From Balamuthia mandrillaris (lineage: Eukaryota): 51,334 nucleotides of DNA. The stretch is from assembly GCA_031835245.2 (NCBI GenBank), contig JAVKOQ020000056.1, forward strand, positions 186,001-237,334. The letters run 5' to 3'. The position numbers and the translations under genes are program-made. Shown here in pieces: positions 36,304-47,482 of the stretch (within the stretch, counting starts at the first letter, position 1; the number at the start of each line of letters is the position of its first letter). The notes under the pieces were generated by a model. That model did not search any database. It saw only the letters and a list, made by a program, of their open reading frames with translations, and was not told where the DNA came from.

Positions 36304-36900
36304 GGTGATTGAATGGGGCCACAGACCACATTCGAGTAAGTTGCTGACCTCCTCTTTGATGACACATTTCCTCTTCTATCCAAGCGCCTTTCAACACCAC
36401 TTGCGGCCTCACGAGCCACGAGCCACTTCGCCTCACCGCTCTTCACCTTTACCCTCAGCTCCTTTTTCTGCGGTTGCGGCCCACTCGCGGTCCTCTGCAG
36501 TCGGAGAGCACCAAAGCTACAGCTCAATAAAACACTGCTCAGTTTGTGCACATCCTCAGCACTTTCACGAATCCCACAATTTTTGCTAAACCGCCCTTGG
36601 AATATGGGACGAACCCAAGCAGGCCCCCTTGATTTTAAAGAGTGAAACGATAAAGACAAAAGCAGCAACAAACATGATTCGCCTTCTGAAATGAGACAGC
36701 AAAGCAAGAGAACAAGGATTAGCACTGAGAAAGTTGAGTGACAGAGAGAGAGAGAGAAATTGTTTTAGGAGAAGCCAAAGTCAGTGCCCAAAAGGGTGGG
36801 CAGTTACTTTTCTCTTACACAATTTTTTGTTCAGAGAGATTCCCATTTTGTAAACAAATCATCACAAGGTATGGCTAATAATGAAAACGAGGAAAGAACG

Positions 36901-36904
<4 letters not shown>

Positions 36905-36963
<59 letters not shown>
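36905..36963. repeat. (GA)n microsatellite, one of many (also about 6273, 17446, 19906, 23150, 38923, 46438, 47449)
   Basis: Direct reading of the sequence. Confidence 0.95.
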
Positions 36964-37289
36964 CGTACTTCACAACAATGATTCGCTGTGTTTCGCTTAA
37001 GAGTTGAGAGCTAAAAGAATTGAAGAAGAAAGAAAGAAAAAATATTCGCCAAAATTTGTGGCAGAAATGAGGGAACCCTCGGCAAAATCTAATGACCCCT
37101 CAAGGAGCGTCAGAAAAAGGACGGCAAAATGTGACGTCATCCCTTTGTGAAAGAAAAAATGCCACTCCGCGCTAAATTCCTCAAATTCCTCTTTTTTCGA
37201 TTTTTCATTTTGTCGACTTCTTTTCTTTTGTCGACCTTTTTCGTCTTGGCCGAAAGAAAAAAAAAAGAAAGGGGGAAAGGTCCAAAAAA

Positions 37290-37842
37290 ATGATTAAAGA
37301 TGAGAAAGAAGGCAAAGAGGAGGCAACGAGGGCACCTCAATTGGCGGTTGGGCCGCCCCGACCACCCCTAGTGATTCCTTGGGAAAAGGTGGCAGACATA
37401 GTATTTGCTGCGCTTGGCCCAGCAATCAAACGTGCTATTCGACGTAAGCCGCAAAAGCTTCCTGTCACTGCAGCTGCTCATCTTCACCCCATTTTCCATT
37501 CTGCCTATTTTGGGACACTGGAAGAGCGTACCCTGAGCACGGAGCAAGAACTGTTGGACGTGTTTGGCCATTATACCAGGAGAGAGTTCAAACTTGGCTC
37601 ATATGCAGTAATGGCTCCAAATGTTACCATCAAGTTTATGGCCAATACAGCGAAAACGCAGATGAAGTTGAAGTATCACGTTTACAATTGTTACAATGTA
37701 CTTCAGTGGCCAGAAAGCTATTCTTTTGAGGTTTGTTTTGTTTTGTTTTCCATTTTTCCACCCTTTTAAGCTGCTCTCCTTTCTGTCGTATATTCCTCCT
37801 TTCCTTTAAAACTTACTTTTTTTTTTCATTTAAAAGGACTGA
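37290..37842 (+). CDS. Hypothetical protein convergent with the RAG1-like transposase
   Basis: Globular-looking ORF to ...WPESYSFE, donor GT at 37731, possible terminal exon GAC TGA at 37837-37842. Confidence 0.55.
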
Positions 37843-38915
37843 TGGACCTCTCCTTTTTCTGTCTCTGTTGGATTCTTTTCCTCCATTGGACTTCTCCACC
37901 TCCGCCTCCGCCTCCGCCTCCTCCGTTGACCTTTCCTCCTCCTCTGTTGGACCTCTCCTCCTCCTTCATTGGACCTCTCCTCCTCTCCTCCGCCTCTGTT
38001 GGGCTTCTCCTCCTCCTTTGGGCTTCTCCTCCTCTTCTTCGCCTCTGTTGGACCTCTCCCCCTCCGCCTCTGTTGGACCTCACCTTCTTCTCCTTTGTTG
38101 GATCTTGCCTTCTTCTCTTCCATTGGACCTCACCTTCTTCTCCTCCATTGGACCTCACCTTCTTCTCCTCCATTGGACCTCGCCTTCTTCTCTTCCATTG
38201 GACCTCTCCTTCTTCTCCTCCTCCGTTATACCCCTCCTCCTCTTCCGTTGGACCCCTCCTCCTCCTCCGTTGGACCTCGCCTCCTCCGTTGGACCTCTCC
38301 GCCTCCTCCGTTGGACCCCTCCTCCTCCTCCGTTGGACCCTTCCTCCTTCTCCGTTGGACCCTTCCTCCTCCGTTGGACCCTTCCTCCTTCTCCGTTGGA
38401 CCCCTCCTCCTTCTCCGTTGGACCCCTCCTCCTCTCCTCTGCCTCTGTTGGACTTCTCCTCCTCCTTTGGACTTCTCCTCCTCTCCTCCGCCTCTGTTGG
38501 ACCTCTCCTCCTTCTCCTCCGTTGGACCTCACCTTCTTCTTCTCCGTTGGATCTTGCCTTCTTCTCCTCCGTTGGACCTCGCCTTCTTCTCCTCCATTGG
38601 ACCTCTCCTTCTTCTTCTCCTCCGTTGGACCCCTCCTCCGTTGGACCTCTTTTTCTTCTCCTCCATTATACCTCTCCTCCCCTTTCTCTGTTGGACTTCT
38701 CCTCCTCCTTCTCCATTAGATTTCTCCTCCTCTGTTGGACTTTCTTCTCCTCCTCTGTTGGGCTTTCTTCTCCTCCTTCGTTAGTCTTCTTCTCCTTTGT
38801 TGGACCTCTCTTCCATCACTAGTGGACCTCTCCTCCTCCATTGGACTTCTCCTCCTTTGTTGGATCTCTTCTCTTCCGCCTCTGTTGGACCTCTCCTCCT
38901 CTGTTGCACCTCTCT
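37843..38915. repeat. Pyrimidine-rich minisatellite built on TTGGACC(T/C)CTCCTCC units
   Basis: Dozens of degenerate GTTGGACC-cored units, ending in a (CT)n tract at about 38923-38990. Confidence 0.95.
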
Positions 38916-38919
38916 TGTA

Positions 38920-38967
<48 letters not shown>

Positions 38968-39023
38968 CCTCTCTCTCTCTCTCTCTCTCTCACACTTCTT
39001 ATTTTTTTAAAATCCTTTTTCTT

Positions 39024-41547
39024 TTATTGTTTAACGATGTATTTTTCCATTTCAGGATGAATTGCTAAATTTCTTGTGCTCCAGGGAGCCTTCTTTGAAG
39101 TCACAGGAGTCCTTGTAAATTTTGGTACATGAACAGGAACTAAGTTCTGTGATTGGTGGTATGTTATGCGCCAATCATAGTTGAGTTGTTGTTTGCATAC
39201 ATTGTTGTTTTTGGTTTGTTGAAAGTGTGAGCTTGATTGCTGGATGGTTTTTTTGTTAACACTATGCTTGCTTTCAATTCCAAAATTCGCAAAACGTTGC
39301 ACAGACCCAAACTTTTCCAAATAGAAGCCAAGATGATACACAAAGATGTGAATGTAAGGAGTGACCTCACTATTATCATAGTGAGCAGTAAAAGCATGGC
39401 CAAATTCTCTTGCTTCAGCTAGCCATTCTTCCTGCGTGATGTTTACCTTCAAAAAGAGTAAGTACAAATTTCTTTTCCTTTTTTCTTTTAGTTTTTTCTT
39501 TTCATTTTTCATTTTTCTTTTTCTTTTTTCTTTTTCTTTTTCTTTTTTCTTTCTTTTTGTTTAGAACTATACTTACTTTGTCATGCACAGCAAGTGAGAT
39601 CAGCTTGTGGTATGATGTCCACACTTTGATGACTTCTGCTACTTTCTTCTGTTGTTGAGGTGTTCGTGCTCCTTCCTGCAGCACCATCAAAAAGCGTTGA
39701 TGATGCTCAATGATGGCTTGGTGTTGTGGACGGCCAAAGCATGACTTCTCTACCCGCTCAAGCAGGGTTCGCTTTTTTTTCGTTTTGCCACTTGATGTTT
39801 CTGGAATGAGTTTGATGTTTATCTCCTCCAGTATTAGCAGGTATTTTGCTGCCATGTTCTTGTTCTCGTAGGTCTCCTCCACTAACAACTCGAAGAGTTT
39901 ATTCGTTATCCCCATTAAGCAATGGAGCATGCAAGGGATAATGTGGTCCAAACCAAAAGGAAGAACTGGTTTTCCGGTAATGCCATAGTTCTCTCTTGCA
40001 AATGCTTCTTTTCCTCCTTCTGTTGGAAATTTTGCTGCCCTCTCTGCTAACTCCATCATCTCCTTTTCATCTCGCAGTGGCCATTGCGCTATACCAAAGT
40101 CATGGATCGTAATTGCTGAGACGAGGCACCATGGACACTTCCAGTGGGATTTGGGGTGGTAGCAGCAGTACAAACCAAGCATTGTCACAAGTGCCTTGAG
40201 ATCACAAACAAGCACAGGCTCAAGATCGAATTTCTGGCCATTAACTTCCACCTTGTTCTTCATCAGGTACTCGATCGTTGGTATTACGCTCTCCAATTCT
40301 CTTTCAAACTCCTCTTTGCTTTCTCCACCAACGTAGATGATGTACTGGTGGCAGTTGTTTGGAGACTGCACTTCAGCGAGGCTTAAGTCATCTGTCAGGA
40401 GCTCAAAGGTACCGATCTCTTGCATCCTTCCTCTTTTTGACGTCATGTTTGCACCATCAAAAGCAAACTTGATGATGATGTTTGTTGTTGTTGTTGGTCT
40501 TTTTTGTCCTATTAACCACTTGATGAAGTCTAACAAAGGAAGTTCACTTCTGTGGCCATCGAGTGTTGATGTGGCTGGCATGTAGTTGTTAACTTCTTCT
40601 CGCAACTTTCTCAAGTGCACCAACGTGGCATAGGGTCCAAGTTCAAACAAGGTAACTGTACAATGCCAATCTTTGTCTGTTATTCACATCATGTCTTTAT
40701 AGGCTAACAATGCTGCCAGCATTGGTTTGTGTCACTGTTCCAAAAATTCTTTCATTCCAGGCAACCCATCAACAAGGTACTGAATGAGCAATCGATCTTC
40801 TTGTATCAATGCGACTAAACATTCTCCCAAAGTCTCCTTTTCATACAGCTTCTTCAATAATGTCTCTGCTTGCCTCTTTTGTACCTCTCTTTCTGGTAAG
40901 TTGCTCATCTCCTTGACTTCAGTCTCCCAATTCTCTGCCATCTCCGTGGTCAATTTCTGCATTTTACGGACATGTGCCTCTGCTTCTTCTTTGTCTCGTT
41001 GCCTTTGTTCCTCTTCTCTTTTTCGTTTGCGTTCTTCTTCCTTTTGTTCTGCTTTTATTTCTTGTGCTTTCTTGCATCGCTCACATCCCAATTCTGCTTT
41101 ACAGTAGTGGACTTCATGAAGCTCATGAGTGCTGCGAGCTGCCTCAGAACTATACTTAGCAAGACAGCTGTCTAAATGGAAAAGGTTTGTTGTTTTAATT
41201 TTAAAGAAGGACAACAAAAAGAAGAGAAAGAAAGGAAGGTTGATAGGAAAAAAAGAATTAAGAGAGGGAGAGAGAGGAAGAGCGCAAGCATGAGAGAGAA
41301 TGTTAAGGATGAAAGCCATTTACTAACCTTTGTGACGACAAGGAAAAGGCAGAACTCGAACCTTTCCTGTTCGTGTCTTTTGTGTTCTCTCTAGCTCACG
41401 GCAGCAACCACAATTTGCAACAGTGCATGGATGAAGACCAAGACCACGCTCATGTTGGGTTTTGTTGGAACGTGAGGAAAAACGCGGTTTCTGCTCTCCC
41501 TTCTGGTTGCGACAAAAATGGTGCTCACACACAAATGCCTCCACCAT
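39024..41547 (-). mobile_element. RAG1/Transib/Chapaev-like DDE transposase, spliced, with two in-frame TGA stops
   Basis: KFAFDG, VCDLKAL, CPWC, PCMLH, VTPYIHIFVYH and FANFGIESKH occur in RAG1-core order, after a Cys/His-rich N-terminus. Introns at about 41171-41327 and 39448-39576. TGA at 40732-40734 and 40684-40686. Confidence 0.8.
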
Positions 41548-43040
41548 CGAATCTTTTTTGCTTGTTTGGCTTCAAAAAAAAAATAAAAAAAAAAAACGGC
41601 AACTTTCACAAACAGTCGACAACTAAAAAATTAACACACGTCAGCACGGTTAACTCAACCGTTTGTGACGTCACTTTAACCATTTAAGGTCTAATGACAT
41701 CAGCGATGACGTGTGTTAGAAAGTTCAGTACTCAGAGTGCCCTACTACTCCTCAATGCTTATGTCTAGCTTGTGGTGCTACATCCTTCTCCAACCTTCGA
41801 TTCCTCTTAGGGTTTTCCTGTTGTTCTAGAACCGTTCGTGCGATCGCAGCAGGAAAGCAACTGGTCCGACAGGTGGTGACACTAAGGCTGTTCTCACAAA
41901 CTCCAACCGAAAAACACCGCTGGTTGGGGCCAGAAAGCTCAGCGGAAGAGCAGAAAAAAAAATAGTTGAAAAAAATCCACTTGCACGCGGTTCGATTCGA
42001 ATCCAGGTGCAAGTGGATTTTCCTTGTCCTTTTTTTGCCTTTGCAGACGTAAGCGCTCCAAACCTCCTTTTCCCTTCACGCAGAATTTTCGTGTATCCAC
42101 CTCAACATTCAAACACGGAGAAAATCTGTTTCAAAAGGAAATCCAACGGAAAAAATCTTTTTTTTAATTACATCCACTCCTTGTAAGGCAAAGAATGATC
42201 TCCCGGAAAATATTTTTTTCAGTGATAAATGTAACCGGAGAAAAAACAAATGCAGCAAAGGAAGAAGAAGATGGAAGAAGGAAGAAAAAGTCGAAAGAAG
42301 GAAAAATAAAAAAAACGGGGTCTTGGGGGGAAAAAATGCTGCTGTTGTTTTATTTTCTTTTTCTTTTTCTTTTTTGTCAACAGAAAACACAGGGTGAACA
42401 GACGAGCAAACGAGAGGAAACAGAGAGGCACCATAAAAACCAAAAATTCAAACTGAGAATAAATAGAGAGAAAAAACATAAAAAAAAACTTTGGGTTCAA
42501 AAATTCGTATTTTTATTATTTTGTATAAACGTACGTACATTCGAACCTCCCCCCTCTAGCGTGGTTCTCCTCTTCGTCTTTCTCCCTGTTTTCTGTCTCT
42601 TTTGTTTTTGTTCGCTTTTGACGGTTGGACGGTTTAAAACTGCTCTTTTCATCTTTTTCCACTTTTTTAAACAATTTTTTCTTTCTTTTTTCTCAAAGAA
42701 AAAAAAAGAAAAAGAAAAAGAAAAAGAAAAATCTTTTATAAAAAAACCTCCACACCGTTTTCTTTAGCTGGTGAAAACAAAGAGAAAACGGAAAGCAAAA
42801 CCAAAAAAAAGTTGAGAAATCTGAGAGACAGAGGAAAAAAAAAACGACCTTCCTCTCCACACTTTCATTTTTTTCCTTCTTCTCTTTTTCATTTTGTTTG
42901 GTGAACTGAAAAAAAAAAGACCAACCTTTTCTTTTCTTTTTTCTCTTTGTGGTTGCTATAGTTTTCCTCTCTTTCTCTAATTGAAAAACGTTAAACACCA
43001 CAACAACAGTTCAAGCTGTTAAAATAAGAAAAAAAAAAAC

Positions 43041-46000
43041 ATGGCCGCGAGTTTCCAGCTGCCTTCCATTCAAGACTTTGTGAAAGGAGCTTGTTCTTCG
43101 TCTGCTTCTTCTTCCTCATCAACCACATCGGCTCCCTCGTCATCGGCAGCATCGCTGCTCAACCCCTTTGACGCGCCCTCACCTTTTTATCGTCAGCAGC
43201 AGCAACTTCAGGAGCGACCCTTGCCGCGACTCTCTCCTCCGCCCGACACCTCTCCCTCCCTCGTCCGCTCTCTTTCATCACCCGCCGCTGTCCCACAAGC
43301 CAAAAGCACTCACTTGGAAGACCTTCGAGAGACCGAGCTGCAGATCGTTCAGCTGTTGGAACAACGAATGCAACTCTTTCCATCGTCATCCGCTTCGGCA
43401 AACAACAACAACATCAAAGACAGGACGAAAAGGCCAAGAGCCGAAAGCATGGTCAGCCGCGATGGCAGCTCGGGCAGCGAGCCGGAGGAAGAGGACTCTC
43501 GTGCTGAGAGCGAGCTGGACGAAGAGAGCAACAACAATACCAACAGTAACCTCAACCTCCATCACGCTTCTTCTGCTTCTTCTTTCCACGACAGCAATCC
43601 ATTTTGGCAGTCTTCTTACTCTTCCACTCCCGAAAAGACTTTTTGGAGCCACCACCACCACCACCACAACGACATCGATCACTGCGATGCGAAACGCGAG
43701 GCCTCACCCACACACCTGCTTCCACCTCTGAAAAGACGCCTGTTAGCTTCCCTCTCCTCTCCTTCTCCTTGTCACACAGCAGGAGCAACCCACGCCAACG
43801 ACGCTTCTAGCATCAACAACAACGCCGGCGTGGCGTCTGCTTCTTCCTCTGCGCCACAGCAGCCACAACAACAGAGCAGCAGCAGCAGAAAACGGCGAAA
43901 ATTGGACAATTTCGAAGAGGCGTGGGAACAAAGGTACTTTTTTAGATATTTTCTCCTATATTTTATTTTCCGAACCAATCACCTAATTCCACGTTCACTA
44001 ACCGAAATTTCCAATCACCCGAAAATTCTTATTCGCGACGACGTGATGTGCCGGGGCAGGTATCTGCAATTGGTGGACTTTTACCAACGCTTTGGCCATT
44101 GCCGTGTGCCCTCCCAGTGGAAGGAGAACGAGTCCTTGGGCTTTTGGGTCAAGACCCAAAGGGCTGCTTGGAAGAAAGGCAAGATCACCGCCGAGCGTGT
44201 AGAGAAGCTGAATAAGATCAACTTCTTGTGGAAGGTCGGCAAGCGGAAGCGCTTGGACACCGCAACAACCAACATGACTTCATCATCGGCACAGTCCAGC
44301 ACCCCTTCTGTTCCTTCAACAACGACACAATCGGGCGCACCTACCTTGGAAATGTTGGCTGGAGTGCTGACCAGCTCACTTACTCCCCAAGATGCTCTTC
44401 CATCGGCTTCCGTCTCAGCCAACAACCTCCAAAAAGCAACAACCACAACAACACCAACAGTAAAGAAAGGAGGAGGCCCATGCTACGCTGATCGGCAATG
44501 GAACAAGATGTTCTTAAAGCTGAAGAAATTCTCCGAGCTCTATGGTCATTGCTGCGTGCCGGTGCGGTGGGAAGGAGATCAAAGGCTTGGACTTTGGGTA
44601 AAAACCCAAAGAGCATCCTGGAAGAAAGGTAGAATCAAGAAGGAGAGGAGAAGGATGTTGGAATCGATAGACTTCGTGTGGGAGGTTGGCCGCGGATGGC
44701 GGGGAGATGGACTCACTGCAGGACGCGAGACTGTTGCTACGAGAAGAAAGAGAGAGATGCAGGAAGTTCGTTTTGGAGGAGCAAGCAACTTCTCAGATTA
44801 TGCAGATGAGGAGGAAGAGGAGGAAGATGAAGGTCAAAGACTCTATCGTACGGCGATGGAAGAACAGGACGAGGATGATGAAGATGCTGTTGGTGACTCC
44901 TCAGAGGAGGAAGAAGAGGAAGAGGCTGAAGAAGATGAAGAGGAGGACGAAGTGGAGTACTATTCTGGAAACAGTGAGAGCGAGTTTTCCTTTGTCGCAT
45001 CTTCTCCTGATAAGAAGAAAGGCTTCGTTGTCAAAAAGTTTGTGTACAGCGATTTCTGTGGACAACTGCCTTCTTCTGCCTTTGCAGACAGCGACTGTAT
45101 CCTCAAAAAGGAGCAACCGTTTGTTTCTTCTTCTCATAACCAACTTCCAAATCGCCACAACATGACTCAGCACACCACCACCTCCTCTTCACCTTCTTCT
45201 TCACCTGCATCTTCATTTCCCTCTCCGCTTCGTTGTACAATTGCCGAGATAGGCCGCGAATCAAGTCCTTCCTCCTCTTCTTCGTCTTCTTCAGGAACAT
45301 CGAGCCCCGTCTCTTCCGAGGCCGAAGAGAGCTCCGAAGATGGTGGCGTTGTTTTGTCACACAAGAACACGAATGACTCCTCCGAAGACTTGGCCAGCAA
45401 TGAAGAGAAAAAATCACAACCCATTGTTGTCAAAAATGAACCAGAAGAGGAGGAAGACGAAGACGAAGACGATGACAACAAACCGGAAGAAGCTGAGGAC
45501 GAAGCACACGAAGAAAAAGTTTGGACAAAGCGCATCCAACAGCTGATCGCCTTTAGAGATACCTACGGGCACTGCTGCGTCGCGCAGAGCAACAGCTCTC
45601 GTCGCTGGTCCAAACTTGGTAACTGGGTGCAGTACCAACGAGAAAAGCGGAGGGAAGGCAAGCTCTCCGCCGAGAAAGAGGCTCTCCTTACCTCCCTCGG
45701 CTTCGTGTGGGACGTGATGAACTTCCAGTGGAAGGAACACTTTCAGGAGCTCGTCGAGTTCAAGGAGCGCTTCGGCCATTGCCAAGTACCCGTTCAATGG
45801 AGAGAGAACCCGCGATTGGGCTCTTGGGTGAAGACGCAGAGAGCGGCGTGGAAGAAAGGCAAGATGAGCGCGGAGAGGAAGAGTATGTTAGACAGCATAG
45901 CCTTCGTTTGGGAGGTCGGCAAAGGAGTCACTCGCAAATGCGCTCCTTCTTCACCATCCTCAACTTTAAGTTCGACTTCAACTTTCAACGATGTTGTTGT

Positions 46001-46346
46001 GAAGCCGACAACGAAAGTGACGACAAAGACCAAAATGACGATTATGAATAATGATGTAACCCGCGACAGCAACGATAAGATGGTGATTGAAGAACGGGAC
46101 GACACAGGTATGAGCAATGACAATAAGCAGACTAAACATATGAGAACCGCGGGAGATGTTTTGGCATCCATTGTTGGACTAGGAAGTGGCCTCGAGTACA
46201 GGGACTATCTTCGTGGTTGTAAATGGCCATTTACTTCTCCAACTTCTTCGTTGATAATGAATAATCGTGAACAGGAAGAGAAAGAAGAAGAGGAGGAAGA
46301 GACAACGATTGTTGGAGCGGAGACTTTGCTCCATCTGAGAGCATAA
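43041..46346 (+). CDS. Helicase-associated (HA) domain repeat protein, four HA domains, no helicase core seen
   Basis: Four W..(Y/F)..L..F...(F/Y)GHC.VP...LG.WV..QR...L..I.F.W repeats. A 126-nt stop-free intron at 43934-44059 is likely, since splicing restores AWEQRYLQL. Confidence 0.88.
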   Translation: MAASFQLPSIQDFVKGACSSSASSSSSTTSAPSSSAASLLNPFDAPSPFYRQQQQLQERPLPRLSPPPDTSPSLVRSLSSPAAVPQAKSTHLEDLRETELQIVQLLEQRMQLFPSSSASANNNNIKDRTKRPRAESMVSRDGSSGSEPEEEDSRAESELDEESNNNTNSNLNLHHASSASSFHDSNPFWQSSYSSTPEKTFWSHHHHHHNDIDHCDAKREASPTHLLPPLKRRLLASLSSPSPCHTAGATHANDASSINNNAGVASASSSAPQQPQQQSSSSRKRRKLDNFEEAWEQRYFFRYFLLYFIFRTNHLIPRSLTEISNHPKILIRDDVMCRGRYLQLVDFYQRFGHCRVPSQWKENESLGFWVKTQRAAWKKGKITAERVEKLNKINFLWKVGKRKRLDTATTNMTSSSAQSSTPSVPSTTTQSGAPTLEMLAGVLTSSLTPQDALPSASVSANNLQKATTTTTPTVKKGGGPCYADRQWNKMFLKLKKFSELYGHCCVPVRWEGDQRLGLWVKTQRASWKKGRIKKERRRMLESIDFVWEVGRGWRGDGLTAGRETVATRRKREMQEVRFGGASNFSDYADEEEEEEDEGQRLYRTAMEEQDEDDEDAVGDSSEEEEEEEAEEDEEEDEVEYYSGNSESEFSFVASSPDKKKGFVVKKFVYSDFCGQLPSSAFADSDCILKKEQPFVSSSHNQLPNRHNMTQHTTTSSSPSSSPASSFPSPLRCTIAEIGRESSPSSSSSSSSGTSSPVSSEAEESSEDGGVVLSHKNTNDSSEDLASNEEKKSQPIVVKNEPEEEEDEDEDDDNKPEEAEDEAHEEKVWTKRIQQLIAFRDTYGHCCVAQSNSSRRWSKLGNWVQYQREKRREGKLSAEKEALLTSLGFVWDVMNFQWKEHFQELVEFKERFGHCQVPVQWRENPRLGSWVKTQRAAWKKGKMSAERKSMLDSIAFVWEVGKGVTRKCAPSSPSSTLSSTSTFNDVVVKPTTKVTTKTKMTIMNNDVTRDSNDKMVIEERDDTGMSNDNKQTKHMRTAGDVLASIVGLGSGLEYRDYLRGCKWPFTSPTSSLIMNNREQEEKEEEEEETTIVGAETLLHLRA

Positions 46347-46431
46347 AAAAAAAACAAAAAAAATGTATAGTTTTTACAGTTGTATTTTTGTTATGTTTGT
46401 TGTAGTAAAGATTGTTGCAAATGATCTCTCT

Positions 46432-46471
<40 letters not shown>

Positions 46472-46784
46472 CGACTGTCTCCCTATGCTCTCTTCTCTCT
46501 CCTATCATAAGTAGCTCATGCACAGAGAAGAGGGGGAAAAGAGATGCAAGTTGGAATTCGCCTTCTTACTTGAATAACGACGCAAGTGTGCCAACATGAA
46601 AGTTCTAAGGAATTATCATTGGAAGGGGTAGGGCGTCCTCCCTTCTCTCGGCAGCAACAACAACGGCCGGGCAGGAAGTGCAGGAGAAAGCCCCGCATTC
46701 CTGGAGTACGCTGTTTTTAGTGCTGGACACTCCCACGACTCTCGAAGCTTGAAAGATAGTTATAACTCAATAAAAGTTTTACAA

Positions 46785-47444
46785 TCATTCCTGCATAACA
46801 AGATGCTTCTTTCCCTTTCTACACTCGAACCACTTGTACGGCACGGCAGCGTCCCTCAGCCACTCCCCAAACTTTCTGTACACATCCGAGGGGCTGAACA
46901 GCACTAACACCACCTCCTCAAGGCAAGAGCTCGGATGGTTGGCGTACTTGAGATGAGCGTTGAGGATGGCGCGATGGATCCACTCGGGTCTGTTGCCAAA
47001 GACGCCGCCGCCGATGAGAGTGAGGAAGAGCCTCTTGCGGCGGTTGCGGATAGCGGCGAGGTAGGTTCCCTCGTAGGCCAGGTCCAGGATGAACTGGCAT
47101 TTAGAGGCACAGTCGGCAGTTCTTGTATTTTGAGCGCCGGAGAAGCCTTGTCCTATGTTTAATGCTGTGATGTTGTTCGTTTAGGTTCAGTTTGGAAAGA
47201 AAGAGAACCGTGAAAGGAAAAGGAACAATAGAGGTGACACAGAAGCTTGCTTACCAGCACAGAAGACTTGATCAACCACTTGCTCAGGATCGTTCACGAG
47301 GCGCAAGCCAGCGGAACGGTGGCCGGTCGTTACTTGCACGTTCTTGTGGACGCCTACTCGCCCCAGTTTCAAGAGGTCTGCGCGTTCTTCGCTTTCTTCG
47401 GCAGGAAAAGAAGGTTCTCTGCCGCGTAACGTTACATAGCCTTT

Positions 47445-47482
<38 letters not shown>

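Noticed and set aside
36700..37200. Left TIR for the RAG1-like element
   Set aside because: Candidate CAC starts (about 36723, 36970, 37163) do not extend as inverted matches to 41700-41740, so no boundary or TSD is claimed.
37733..38822. Several 270-330 aa Pro/Ser/Leu-rich ORFs; also a CRISPR-like reading of the array
   Set aside because: All frames are open because the minisatellite lacks stops, and there are no unique spacers between constant repeats.
42100..43030. F/K-rich ORFs
   Set aside because: Poly-A/poly-T intergenic or UTR sequence upstream of the HA gene.
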